This document shows positions 9,696 through 19,301 of a stretch of 64,000 bases of DNA, piece by piece. This DNA is from an uncultured Nitrososphaerota archaeon. GTDB lineage: Archaea > Thermoproteota > Nitrososphaeria > Nitrososphaerales > Nitrosopumilaceae. The notes beneath the pieces were generated by a model that saw nothing but the letters and a program-made list of their open reading frames with translations, did not search any database and was not told the DNA's origin. The stretch lies in NCBI GenBank assembly GCA_963701075.1, contig OY969559.1, forward strand, positions 96,001 through 160,000, written 5' to 3'. Made by a program: the position numbers and the translations under genes. How positions within the stretch are numbered: position 1 is the first letter of the stretch; every line of letters starts with the position of its first letter.

Positions 9696-10553
9696 ATGGA
9701 GAAAATAGTTGTAGAGATCACAATAGTTGGAAGGGATCATGAGGGAGTAGTTGCTGGTTTTACTAATTTCATTTTCCAAAATGGCGGAAACATTGAGAAA
9801 ATAAATCAAAATGTGATTAAAAGCCTGTTTGGTATGTACTTGGAAGCATCTTTTACCAAAAAAATTGATACTGCAAAATTCAATCAGGAAGCAGAAAAGC
9901 TAGCAAAGAGCCTGAGAATGGAAGTCAACATCCACTATGAAGTCTCAAAGAGAAAAAGAGTTGCAGTGTTGGTAACAAAAGAGCCTCACTGTCTAGAAGC
10001 GATATTGGATGCCAGAGCAAAAAACCAGCTAAGAGGCGAGATTGCCGTAATTATCGGTACAGAAAACACGTTATCAAAGTTGGCCAAGAAAGCAAAGATT
10101 CCCTTTGTGCTTGTTAGCGAAAAAGAACAGAGCAGGGCAGAAGAGAAAATAATTTCGATTTCAAAAAAATATAATGTTGACTTGATAGTTCTTGCAAGAT
10201 ATATGAGAATACTTTCTCCAAACTTTGTATGGAGATATCCAAATAGGATAATCAACATACATCCTTCTTTATTACCTGCATTTCCTGGAGCCTTTGCATA
10301 CGTTCAAGCATATGAGCGGGGTGCAAAGATTGTAGGCTGTACTGCACATTACGTCACTGAAGACTTGGATCAGGGGCCAATAATATTCCAAGATGCGTTT
10401 GCAATTGATGAAGACGAGACTCTAGAATCTCTGAAAAGAAAGGGCCAGAGACTGGAAGCAAGAACACTTCTTGAGGCAGTAAAGATGCACCTAGATGGCA
10501 GACTTGAAGTATATTGGGGAAAGGTGCATGTCAAGCCAAGACGATCTAAATGA
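9696..10553 (+). CDS. purU: formyltetrahydrofolate deformylase
   Basis: N-terminal ACT domain, VLARYMRILS, IINIHPSLLPAFPGA, GCTAHYVTEDLDQGPII. Confidence 0.95.
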   Translation: MEKIVVEITIVGRDHEGVVAGFTNFIFQNGGNIEKINQNVIKSLFGMYLEASFTKKIDTAKFNQEAEKLAKSLRMEVNIHYEVSKRKRVAVLVTKEPHCLEAILDARAKNQLRGEIAVIIGTENTLSKLAKKAKIPFVLVSEKEQSRAEEKIISISKKYNVDLIVLARYMRILSPNFVWRYPNRIINIHPSLLPAFPGAFAYVQAYERGAKIVGCTAHYVTEDLDQGPIIFQDAFAIDEDETLESLKRKGQRLEARTLLEAVKMHLDGRLEVYWGKVHVKPRRSK

Positions 10554-11278
10554 TAGCAAGAGATCTCTCAAATTCGCATCTTATCAAGCAAATAAGAAAG
10601 AAGCCTGTTGCCATAATACCGGTAGGATCTACTGAGCAGCATGGGCCACACTTACCGGTATCAACTGATTCGGATATTGTATCTTTCATAGCAGAAAAGG
10701 TATCAGAAAAGACAGGCTTTCTTCTTCTGCCCACCATTGAATATGGAATCTCATTTGAGCATCATCCTTTCTTCAACCTGAGTATAAGATCAGGTACGCT
10801 GCAAAAGTATGTCATTGATATATGTGCATCACTTTGGAAAAATAAGATAAAGACAATAATAATACTCAATGGTCATCACAGCAACCAGAAAGCGCTAAAG
10901 GAGGTACCAACAAAAGTTGCCAGAATTCATGGCATCAGGCCAAAAATCTTGGTCTATTCCTATTGGCATTTTATGAAGAGAAGATTCGATCATGCAGGAT
11001 TTGTTGAGACCTCAATTATGCGTGCTATATCAAGGCAAGTAGACATGAGTAAGGCAGAAAAAGGACTGGTAGAAGACGGATTGTCAAAAAAGGAGCTATA
11101 TAGGCTAGGCAAGATAGCAAACAAGTCCTTTATTGCAGTAACAAGAAACGGCGTCTGGGGAGACCCCACCCAAGCTACTGCAAAAGAGGGAAGGAAGATT
11201 TTAGGCGAGATCATTGCATCCATCGTAAAAGAGAGTCAAACTTGCCTTACCGGAGAAAGCCGAAAATTACACCAATGA
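10550..11278 (+). CDS. creatininase family amidohydrolase
   Basis: PVGSTEQHGPHLP..TD, NGH, DHAG..ETS motifs. Confidence 0.92.
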   Translation: MIARDLSNSHLIKQIRKKPVAIIPVGSTEQHGPHLPVSTDSDIVSFIAEKVSEKTGFLLLPTIEYGISFEHHPFFNLSIRSGTLQKYVIDICASLWKNKIKTIIILNGHHSNQKALKEVPTKVARIHGIRPKILVYSYWHFMKRRFDHAGFVETSIMRAISRQVDMSKAEKGLVEDGLSKKELYRLGKIANKSFIAVTRNGVWGDPTQATAKEGRKILGEIIASIVKESQTCLTGESRKLHQ

Positions 11279-11323
11279 AATTTTAATATATACCCTCGAT
11301 AGAGTGGGTAATAAGTGAAATAA

Positions 11324-11554
11324 ATGTCAGTAGATATGGCAGTAAAAGTACTTGATGAAAGCCTCAACAAGGTTGTTCTTATCAAGCTCAAAGGGGGCAA
11401 AGTGATAAGAGGAAACCTGCACGGCTTTGATCAGCACATGAATCTGCTACTTGATTCTTCGGAAGAGATCCCTTCTGAAGGAGAGACAAAAAGTCTAGGA
11501 ACCATAGTAGTTAGAGGAGATAACGTGGTTATCATATCTCCTCCGCCAAAGTGA
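11324..11554 (+). CDS. Sm-like (LSm) RNA-binding protein
   Basis: [17 protein letters not shown]; adjacent to rpl37e as usual in archaea. Confidence 0.95.
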   Translation: MSVDMAVKVLDESLNKVVLIKLKGGKVIRGNLHGFDQHMNLLLDSSEEIPSEGETKSLGTIVVRGDNVVIISPPPK

Positions 11555-11561
11555 AAGTACA

Positions 11562-11729
11562 ATGACTAAAGGCACAACCTCCATGGGAGGGTACACCAAA
11601 AAGCATGTCCACGTAAGATGCAGAAGATGTGGAAAGAATTCTTTTCATGCAAGACATGACAAATGTGCAAGCTGTGGTTATCCAGAGGCAAAAATAAGAA
11701 AGTACAACTGGATCAAATGGTATACGTAA
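11562..11729 (+). CDS. rpl37e: 50S ribosomal protein L37e (missing from ORF track)
   Basis: Manual translation [55 protein letters not shown]. Confidence 0.96.
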   Translation: MTKGTTSMGGYTKKHVHVRCRRCGKNSFHARHDKCASCGYPEAKIRKYNWIKWYT

Positions 11730-11730
11730 A

Positions 11731-12705
11731 TTGGAAGAAATAGCTCTCGTTTTTAGTTCTCTGGCGGGCGCTTGTACTGCAGTTGCTTTAGATAAAATCC
11801 CAAAACGAAAATACAAACAAACCATTACAGTAAATTCTGTAGTAGAAGATCAATTGCATTCCTTGAAGATTGAAAAGGATATACTAACAAAAACAATTAC
11901 AAGGCTTCACCATGAAGAATCAAATATTTCAAGGGTTCAGCGAGACAAACTGCTCATTAGATATCAGCATCAACTTGGAACTACAATTGCTAAGATAGAA
12001 AAATTAGAGACTGCAAGCAAATACCCGGATCTTGGACCCATAGGCGACAGCTTGGTAACCTTGATGGACAACAAACTATCAAAAATGGACCAGAGGTTAC
12101 ATGAAATTTCTTCCAAGATCTCAGTAAATACTGTGCAGCCATCTGTACAGCCAACCGTACAACCTACTGTTCAAGTCAAACAACAAGAACAGCCAAAGCA
12201 AATCGTACAGGAAAAGCCACGAATTGAAAAGATTGAACCAAAAGTAGAGTACCAACAAGAAAGAGCCGAGATTCAAAAAGAAAATATCCTTCCACCAATG
12301 CCTCCGATTGAGATTCCTGCTCAGGCAAGACATAGATCAATTGAGCTTAGTACATTGACAGAAATTCCAAGCAAAATGCCAGAGTTTCCATCAGAGATAA
12401 CAAGACCGCCACAAGTTCACGTAGAACCTGAAAAAATTATTGTAGAGCCCATCAAGGAAACGCTTGAGATCCCGCAATCAATTGTTCCACTAGAGTCTAC
12501 TCCTCTTGTACCAAGAGAAGAGATTGTAACAATAGAGACACCAAAACCAGATGTAGTAACACAGGTCGAAAAGAAAGCACAGCTTCCAACTCCAATAAAG
12601 ATACCAGAAGAAGAAAAAATCGAAGACGATGACAAGGATTTAGATAAAATAAAAAGCGAAATAATGAAAGCCCTGTCAAAACTAGAACAAGTAGAGGTAG
12701 AATAA
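11731..12705 (+). CDS. hypothetical protein: hydrophobic N-terminus, coiled coil, Pro/Glu-rich linker
   Basis: 324-aa ORF tightly packed between rpl37e and rpiA. Confidence 0.8.
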   Translation: MEEIALVFSSLAGACTAVALDKIPKRKYKQTITVNSVVEDQLHSLKIEKDILTKTITRLHHEESNISRVQRDKLLIRYQHQLGTTIAKIEKLETASKYPDLGPIGDSLVTLMDNKLSKMDQRLHEISSKISVNTVQPSVQPTVQPTVQVKQQEQPKQIVQEKPRIEKIEPKVEYQQERAEIQKENILPPMPPIEIPAQARHRSIELSTLTEIPSKMPEFPSEITRPPQVHVEPEKIIVEPIKETLEIPQSIVPLESTPLVPREEIVTIETPKPDVVTQVEKKAQLPTPIKIPEEEKIEDDDKDLDKIKSEIMKALSKLEQVEVE

Positions 12706-13380
12706 TTGACAGTAGATGATGCCATAAAGGCATTGTCGCCCCAAGCGCTAAAAATGGTAAAAGACAACTATGTCATAGGTCTTGGCAGCGGCAGGGCTGC
12801 AACTGCCATTGTTAGGTCGTTATCATCATACTTGAAAAAAAATCATCTTTCTGTCAAAGCCATTCCAACATCGCTGCAAATCAAGATGGAGGCAGAGAGG
12901 GGAGGCATATCAATAATCGAGCCTGATCAGATTGATCATGTGGATTTAGTTTTTGACGGAGCTGATCAAATAGACACAAAAGGCAACATGATAAAGGGTG
13001 GAGGTGGAGCACTCCTTCGAGAAAAAATACTAATCAGTATGGCAAAAAAAGTGGTAATCATAGCTGATGAATCTAAATTTGTAAAACAACTAGACCGTAG
13101 TGTACCAGTAGAGGTACATCAGTTTGCAAGAAACACGGCAACAATTCAAATTAAAAAACACGGAGGTAAGCCACACATACGATTGTTAGAACGTGGATAT
13201 CCATATGTAACTGAAAATGGAAACATAATACTTGACTGTGAGTTTGGCACAATTTCCAATCCCAAAGGATTGGCGGCAAAAATAATAGCAATTCCAGGTG
13301 TCATAGAGGTTGGAATATTTTCAAAACCTGATATAATTTACAAGGCAAAAGAAAACGGCAAGTTTGAGATATTATGCTGA
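12706..13380 (+). CDS. rpiA: ribose-5-phosphate isomerase A
   Basis: IGLGSG, DGADQID...IKGGGGALLREK, TENGNIILD. Confidence 0.96.
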   Translation: MTVDDAIKALSPQALKMVKDNYVIGLGSGRAATAIVRSLSSYLKKNHLSVKAIPTSLQIKMEAERGGISIIEPDQIDHVDLVFDGADQIDTKGNMIKGGGGALLREKILISMAKKVVIIADESKFVKQLDRSVPVEVHQFARNTATIQIKKHGGKPHIRLLERGYPYVTENGNIILDCEFGTISNPKGLAAKIIAIPGVIEVGIFSKPDIIYKAKENGKFEILC

Positions 13381-14766
13381 CACAGGTCTTTGGATGAATT
13401 TTCCATATCCTTGCTTTCCTGTTACTTTGGAATCTTCGGCCACAACTGTTCCCCTGACTAGAGTTTTTACGGGCCAGCCCTTGAGATTCCATCCATCATA
13501 GACGGTATAATCAGAGTAGCCATTTAGGAGCTCAGGGCTGACTTTCTTTTCTGCTTTCATATCAACCAGTACAACATCAGCGTCAGAGTCCTTTTGGATT
13601 ATTCCTTTCTTGGGGTACATTCCAAATATTTTTGCAGTGTTCAGACTGGTAAGATTTGATAACTGTTGCAGGTTTATCCTGCCTTTATTGACGCCCTCAC
13701 TTAGCAATATGGGCATCATTGTACCTATTCCTGGAAATCCTGCCAAGGCATCCCAGACGGTATCCCCTCCAAGCTTGAGGCCGAGCCGGTTTGCCACATG
13801 ATCTGTGCCAATTGTATCAATGTTGCCACTCTGAACCTCTTGCCATATTCTTGCAGTATCGTTTTCTGATCTAATAGGTGGCATTACTTTTGCAAGATAT
13901 CCTTTCTGTGATTCGTATGATAGTGTTAGATAATGTGGACATGTCTCCACAAAAATTGTGGTGCCGTTTTTCTTTTCCCTTGAGATTGCATCCATTGCCG
14001 CCTGTGATCCAATGTGCACAAAGTAGAGCTTGCATCCTGCCTTTCTTGCCATATCAGATGCAGTAGTTATCGATTTGACTTCAGACTCTACCGGTCTACT
14101 TTCTGACCAAGCTCCAAGTCCATTTTTGTTTTTGTTCTTTGCCTCACGTATACCACAGGAGCACATCTGGTAATCTTCTGCATGGACAAGTACTGTGCAT
14201 CCAAGTTGCGATGCGTTATGAATAACCCGCTCGACAATTTTTGCATTAACCTCTACTTTTTGCTCTACAAGCAGATTCTGTCCTGGCTTCATGTCCATGT
14301 ATACATGACCAACCTCATCTCCCAGATTCATGTACAACTTGAATGATGTAATTCCTTTTTTTGCACAAAATTCCATCTCGTCAACCTGGCTTTCCTCAAG
14401 AATTGATGCATGGAGTGAATAATCGATATAGTGAGACTGCGCGCTTTCGATAAGATGCGAGTCAAGGTTTCTTTTGTATGACCCGCTTAAACGTAACATT
14501 CGCATCATGGTAGTTACTCCCCCGACTGCTGCAACTCGAGATTCAGTTACTGCGGCTTTCTCTATTGGCGAATAGACGCCATAATGTACATGCGGGTCAA
14601 TTATACCAGGCAGAGTAACTAGGCCCCTTCCATCAATTTTTGCGTCACATTGAGGAGTGTCATTTGTTAGGCCGACAATTTTTCCGTCATCTATTACAAT
14701 ATTTTTATCGACTATGCCGCTTGGCAGAACAACATGTGAATTCAGTATTATACTATCAAAAGTCAT
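13372..14766 (-). CDS. cyclic amidohydrolase (dihydroorotase/dihydropyrimidinase/allantoinase family)
   Basis: PGIIDPHVH, GGVTT, VHAED, ETCPHYL, GTDH; start at ATG 14766 because the longer ORF overlaps tRNA-Ala. Confidence 0.9.
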   Translation of the reverse strand: MTFDSIILNSHVVLPSGIVDKNIVIDDGKIVGLTNDTPQCDAKIDGRGLVTLPGIIDPHVHYGVYSPIEKAAVTESRVAAVGGVTTMMRMLRLSGSYKRNLDSHLIESAQSHYIDYSLHASILEESQVDEMEFCAKKGITSFKLYMNLGDEVGHVYMDMKPGQNLLVEQKVEVNAKIVERVIHNASQLGCTVLVHAEDYQMCSCGIREAKNKNKNGLGAWSESRPVESEVKSITTASDMARKAGCKLYFVHIGSQAAMDAISREKKNGTTIFVETCPHYLTLSYESQKGYLAKVMPPIRSENDTARIWQEVQSGNIDTIGTDHVANRLGLKLGGDTVWDALAGFPGIGTMMPILLSEGVNKGRINLQQLSNLTSLNTAKIFGMYPKKGIIQKDSDADVVLVDMKAEKKVSPELLNGYSDYTVYDGWNLKGWPVKTLVRGTVVAEDSKVTGKQGYGKFIQRPVSA

Positions 14767-14843
14767 CGAAAACTTTGCCAAAATCCCAGTATTATTCTTT
14801 GAGTAAAAATGAATAAAAGCAGATGCCATTCTTGATAACAAAA

Positions 14844-14916
14844 GGGCCGGTAGTCTAGTGGTAGTGATGCCTCGTTCGCAACGAGGATGTCGGGGGTTCA
14901 AATCCCCCTCGGTCCA
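14844..14916 (+). tRNA. tRNA-Ala(CGC)
   Basis: GGGCCGG/TCGGTCC acceptor stem with G3.U70, anticodon arm cctcg-TTCGCAA-cgagg, GTTCAAATC T-loop. Confidence 0.95.
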
Positions 14917-15034
14917 CTCCTACACATATCAAAATGATTTTACTGACCATCATGTGAAAAACGAAAAACAAGTAAAAGGCTAGAAAATCAAGGATGTTCT
15001 ACTTTCAAGTACTGCAACCATTAATTCATTTGAT

Positions 15035-15445
15035 CTAATGTGTACAAAATCTGCTTACTGTGTTCATGATTTTGCTCATATTGATTGGTTTTTCAAGAAT
15101 TGCTGTTGCATGACAATTGTCTAGTTTTTTCTCAGTGTTGGCAGAACCAGTTACCAAAAATACTACTGCCTTAGGATTACATTCCCTGATCTTTTCAAGT
15201 CCATAAAATCCATCATATTTAGGCATTAGTGCATCCATGAAAACAACATCTGGATGAAATTTCAGATATAATTCAACTGCGTCTTTTCCATTAACGCCAC
15301 TACCCATCACATTAATTCCATGGACTTGGAGTAATTCCACAAAGACATCTAGGAGGTCTTTATTGTCGTCTATAACTATTGCATTAATACCATTATGGAC
15401 ATTGTGGACTTGGGTTACCATAGTTTCATTCCCGGACAATTTCAT
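15035..15445 (-). CDS. stand-alone response regulator receiver domain
   Basis: IVIDD, PDVVFMDALMPKYDG, VTG, EKP. Confidence 0.92.
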   Translation of the reverse strand: MKLSGNETMVTQVHNVHNGINAIVIDDNKDLLDVFVELLQVHGINVMGSGVNGKDAVELYLKFHPDVVFMDALMPKYDGFYGLEKIRECNPKAVVFLVTGSANTEKKLDNCHATAILEKPINMSKIMNTVSRFCTH

Positions 15446-15628
15446 ATTAGATAGACTATGTTTTTTATAAACAAACTAGAAACAATACCGCATATTGCAG
15501 TATGTAACTGCAATACTTTGCAATCATTGGTGTTGATCAATTTTTATTATCACTATTTTGGTTTATTATCTATTAGCTGAGAAAATGGTTAAACGTAAAT
15601 ATTCGTTTTTACAAATACAGTTTAGCAA

Positions 15629-16309
15629 ATGATCCGCAAAGCAGTTTTAACTATACTACTTGTTGCCATATTTGCTACAGGACTATCAGCCACAAGTGCA
15701 ACATATGCAGATTCTCAGTATCAAATTAACGTACATGTAACAAACTCTCTGACTGGCTCTGCCGAGTCTGGTTCCACATGCACGTTTACCTTCAATCCAT
15801 CTGGAAATATAGTCACCAATACCACTGATTCAAGTGGTGCAACCCAAGCTGCAGATTCTACCACATATGATACTACAGTAGACGTTAGTTGTACCGGTAC
15901 TGATGGCAATGTAGGGACTGTAACAGATACACCGTTGAGTGTGCAACAGGGAAATACTATACAGATAATGTTGTCCAAGCTAATTGCTCCGTCCCAGGTC
16001 CAGAATATCCAGGCTAGTGCCGCATCGTTTGGAACAGGTCCTGTCACATTGACTTGGCAGGCACCCTCTTCTAATGGTGGCTCACCAGTGCGAGACTATT
16101 ACATCTACAGAGGAACGTCGCAAGGAACAGAGACATTCTTTGCTCTAGTGCCTGGCAATGTCTTGACATACCTAGATGACTCTACAAGCCCAGGCAGTTC
16201 CTACTATTATTATGTCACTGCTGCAAATGCAGCCGGATCATCTCAGCCCTCAGATGAGGTTTCAGTAGAGGTCAGCTGCTTTGGAGACGGCGGCGCCTTT
16301 TGTAATTGA
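15629..16309 (+). CDS. secreted fibronectin type III domain protein
   Basis: Signal peptide; LTWQAPSSNGGSPV..Y.IYRG...YYYYVTAANAAG Fn3 pattern. Confidence 0.88.
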   Translation: MIRKAVLTILLVAIFATGLSATSATYADSQYQINVHVTNSLTGSAESGSTCTFTFNPSGNIVTNTTDSSGATQAADSTTYDTTVDVSCTGTDGNVGTVTDTPLSVQQGNTIQIMLSKLIAPSQVQNIQASAASFGTGPVTLTWQAPSSNGGSPVRDYYIYRGTSQGTETFFALVPGNVLTYLDDSTSPGSSYYYYVTAANAAGSSQPSDEVSVEVSCFGDGGAFCN

Positions 16310-16388
16310 ATATCTGGTACAACTAGATAGAGACATACGAAATATTATCACACAAAAAACAATATACATCCATTGCAGTTAGTCAACA

Positions 16389-16760
16389 GTGATGAAAGTA
16401 TTCAATGCAAAAGTGGCTGCAGAAGATTATATGTCAAATCATACTCTGACTTTTTCCACACCAGAAATGACTCTAATGAGATTTGCATCTTGGCTTGGAG
16501 ATATGGTACCAGACCCCAAGAATCCTGGACAACAGGTGCCACGAATTATGGTTTTTGTTGAAGAGAAAGACTTTGCACCAGTTCCCATAATAGATGATGA
16601 CACGTTTGTCCCAACAGGAGCTGTGAAGACCATCAATAGTGATCTATACGGAAGTGTAAATACAGAGGCAGGTCCAAGTTCAAAATTCTGTTCTGAATGT
16701 GGCACAAAACTTTCGACAAATGCCAGATTTTGTATAGAATGTGGTGCAACCCAAGAATAG
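16389..16760 (+). CDS. zinc-ribbon domain protein
   Basis: C-terminal FCSECG.....ARFCIECG. Confidence 0.85.
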   Translation: MMKVFNAKVAAEDYMSNHTLTFSTPEMTLMRFASWLGDMVPDPKNPGQQVPRIMVFVEEKDFAPVPIIDDDTFVPTGAVKTINSDLYGSVNTEAGPSSKFCSECGTKLSTNARFCIECGATQE

Positions 16761-16773
16761 ATTTTCTGTTTTA

Positions 16774-17295
16774 TTAAATTTTATTTCCGCACTTGGTGCA
16801 AAACTTGGATGTTGCTTTCACTTGGGAGCCACAAGAACCGCATGTTGGTCCCACCGAAGACCCTTTTGGCAAAAGAGATGGATCGGGTGGAGGCAGGACT
16901 CCAGGCGTTGAAAAAGCCGCTGCTGCAGAGATGATAGACGGAGGTTGACCGGCACCTGGCAATGTGGCAGCTGTCACGCGAGATGCCTGCTGGCCTCCAA
17001 AGCTCATTCCGCTTGGCATGGTGCCACCACTTTGTCCACCCAAGGCCTGACCACCAGCAATTTTGTCAAGTGCCTTTTTTAGTTCAAAAATCACTTTGAT
17101 AGAGAGGAATTCGAGTGCCGAGTATGCAACAACATAGTCACCTAGTTTTTGGAAAAATTCCTTTTCAGATAATTTTCCTTGCTTATACAGACCGTTGGTA
17201 TCAAGAAATGATTCATAGTAACCTTGAGTATCGTTGAGTAGGTTTTGCAGTTTATCAAATAATAGAGTAAGAGTATCTACTTCGCCAAATGACAT
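16774..17295 (-). CDS. zinc-ribbon domain protein
   Basis: C-terminal CGSCG....SKFCTKCG; Gly/Pro linker. Confidence 0.85.
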   Translation of the reverse strand: MSFGEVDTLTLLFDKLQNLLNDTQGYYESFLDTNGLYKQGKLSEKEFFQKLGDYVVAYSALEFLSIKVIFELKKALDKIAGGQALGGQSGGTMPSGMSFGGQQASRVTAATLPGAGQPPSIISAAAAFSTPGVLPPPDPSLLPKGSSVGPTCGSCGSQVKATSKFCTKCGNKI

Positions 17296-17330
17296 GTTGA
17301 CTGTTGACTCTGACCGGTATTAATTATTTG

Positions 17331-17383
17331 GTTCTGTCAAATCTACGGTTGATAATATCATGCCGAGACTAACTTGACAGAAC
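17331..17383. mobile_element. 53-bp MITE-like element with GTTCTGTCAA terminal inverted repeats
   Basis: gttctgtcaa...ttgacagaac; both ends resemble the ends of the tnpB element at 48461-49743. Confidence 0.7.
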
Positions 17384-17413
17384 TGATTAAAAAGATGGGT
17401 AAGATTTTTGTCT

Positions 17414-17755
17414 CTAGGCTTTTTGAAGAGCTTTGTCTATCATGTTCTTATAAGACGACTTTGATGCGGCGCCCACCTGTTGTGCAATGATCTGACCTTT
17501 GTTGAAAAGAGCCAGTGTTGGAATGCTAAACACGTTATACTTTGATGCAAGTTCGTTGCTTTCGTCAACGTTTACCTTCACAAAGCTAACCTTGCCTGCA
17601 TATTCACCTGCGAGTTCCTCAACGACAGGACCTACCATTCTGCATGGACCACACCATTCAGCCCAAAAATCTACAAATACAGGAACCTGAGAATGCATTA
17701 CCTCGGTTTCCCAATTTTTTTCGTTAACAGGTTTTGCTTTATCCATACCTATCAA
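17414..17755 (-). CDS. trxA: thioredoxin
   Basis: VDFWAEWCGPCRMV, SIPTL. Confidence 0.95.
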   Translation of the reverse strand: MIGMDKAKPVNEKNWETEVMHSQVPVFVDFWAEWCGPCRMVGPVVEELAGEYAGKVSFVKVNVDESNELASKYNVFSIPTLALFNKGQIIAQQVGAASKSSYKNMIDKALQKA

Positions 17756-17787
17756 AAGATGATATCCCTAAATATATTGAACGCTTT

Positions 17788-19074
17788 TTACCAACGGCTT
17801 CTCAAGCCGTAATAGTTGTTCCTATCGCCATATCTTCGCCTTCCGTCGCCTCTTGCTTCATGTCTTCCCTCATATTTTCTTCCTCGGTTTTGGTGTTCAT
17901 ATCTGCCGCCGCCTCTTCTGTGGTTTACTTCTCGCTTTAATGGATCGGGGATATTTACCACAATTCCAAGCTCTTTGTTTAGATCTTTCATGGTTACCTT
18001 GGTTTGGCTCGATATTGCCTTAAAATCACCAATTGAAGAATATGATACTAGAGTGATTGCCCTTCCCTTTGCTCCAGCCCTTGCAGTTCTTCCTATCCTG
18101 TGGAAATAAACCAGATCATGGCTTGGCACATCATAGTTTACGACCAACGCTACCTCTGGAACATCAATTCCTCTTGCTGCCACATCAGTTGCAACAAGAA
18201 TGTCAGCCTTTCCTTTTCTAAACATGTACATGGCTTTATCTCTCCTAAACTGCGACATGTCACCCTGAATTGACACTACATTGAATCTCTCTTTTTCAAG
18301 ATCGTGTGCAACTCTTCTTGTTCGCTCCTTTGTAGAACAAAAGACAATAGTTTGACCGGTGGTATTTTCTTTGATAAACTTTAAGAGAAACTCCATTTTC
18401 TCCCTGTCCCTTATTACTAGGAAGGCCTGTTCTATCCCCTCGCCGCTGAGGTCATCTGCATCAATAAAGATTTTCTGTGGACTACGCATGTATTTTTCTG
18501 CCAACATGAGTATTTCTGGAGGCATTGTTGCAGAGAATAATGCCGTCAGGTGGTCTTTTGGAACAAGGTCCAAGATGAATCTTATATCATCAATGAATCC
18601 CATGTCAAGCATTGTATCAGCCTCGTCGAGCACTACATACTTGACGTTTTTTAGCTTGACTGAACCGCGTTTTATGTGATCTATGAGTCTGCCAGGCGTT
18701 GCAACGACAATTTCAACTCCCCTATCGAGTTCATTGAATTGTACATTGATGCTTTGACCGCCATAGATTGTTACGTATCTAACATGTGAATTCTTTGAAA
18801 ATCTTTGAATTTCTCCTGTTATCTGTACTGCAAGTTCTCTTGTTGGTGCAAGTATCAATGCCTGTATTCCACCTTTTGGAACAATGTTTTGGATGATTGG
18901 TAGTGAGAATGCTGCAGTCTTTCCTGTACCAGTATGTGCTTGCCCTATAACATCTTGGCCCGATAATAGTACAGGTATAGAAGCCGCCTGAATTGGAAAT
19001 GCTTCATGAAATTGTATCTCACTTAGCGCTGTCAGTATCGGATTCTTTATCCCTAATTCTTCAAATTTTGTCAA
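17788..19074 (-). CDS. DEAD-box RNA helicase
   Basis: Q motif, AHTGTGKT, PTRELA, TPGR, DEAD, SAT, ARGID, HRIGRTAR; Arg/Gly-rich tail. Confidence 0.96.
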   Translation of the reverse strand: MTKFEELGIKNPILTALSEIQFHEAFPIQAASIPVLLSGQDVIGQAHTGTGKTAAFSLPIIQNIVPKGGIQALILAPTRELAVQITGEIQRFSKNSHVRYVTIYGGQSINVQFNELDRGVEIVVATPGRLIDHIKRGSVKLKNVKYVVLDEADTMLDMGFIDDIRFILDLVPKDHLTALFSATMPPEILMLAEKYMRSPQKIFIDADDLSGEGIEQAFLVIRDREKMEFLLKFIKENTTGQTIVFCSTKERTRRVAHDLEKERFNVVSIQGDMSQFRRDKAMYMFRKGKADILVATDVAARGIDVPEVALVVNYDVPSHDLVYFHRIGRTARAGAKGRAITLVSYSSIGDFKAISSQTKVTMKDLNKELGIVVNIPDPLKREVNHRRGGGRYEHQNRGRKYEGRHEARGDGRRRYGDRNNYYGLRSRW

Positions 19075-19301
19075 CTTTAATCATCATCTTTTTTTTATTG
19101 AAATGACAGAGAAGATTGTTATTAATTTCCGTCATTATTTTTGTTTAACTTTCCAGTCTGGCTCTATTAACTCTTTCCAAATTATTGAAAAAAAACGCAT
19201 TATTTTTTAAAATTGTATAATCTGTTACGTCTGTACGTATTAGAGATTTGACCAATCGATATCATATACATACTTAAATGACTTTTTGATAGACTAAAGT
19301 C

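Noticed and set aside
14767-14901. N-terminal extension of the amidohydrolase ORF (likewise glmM 9223-9282)
   Set aside because: The extensions run through tRNA genes; downstream ATGs match the family N-termini.
14917-16380. Integrated island at tRNA-Ala
   Set aside because: The genes look accessory, but I found no duplicated tRNA-Ala 3' end and no integrase.
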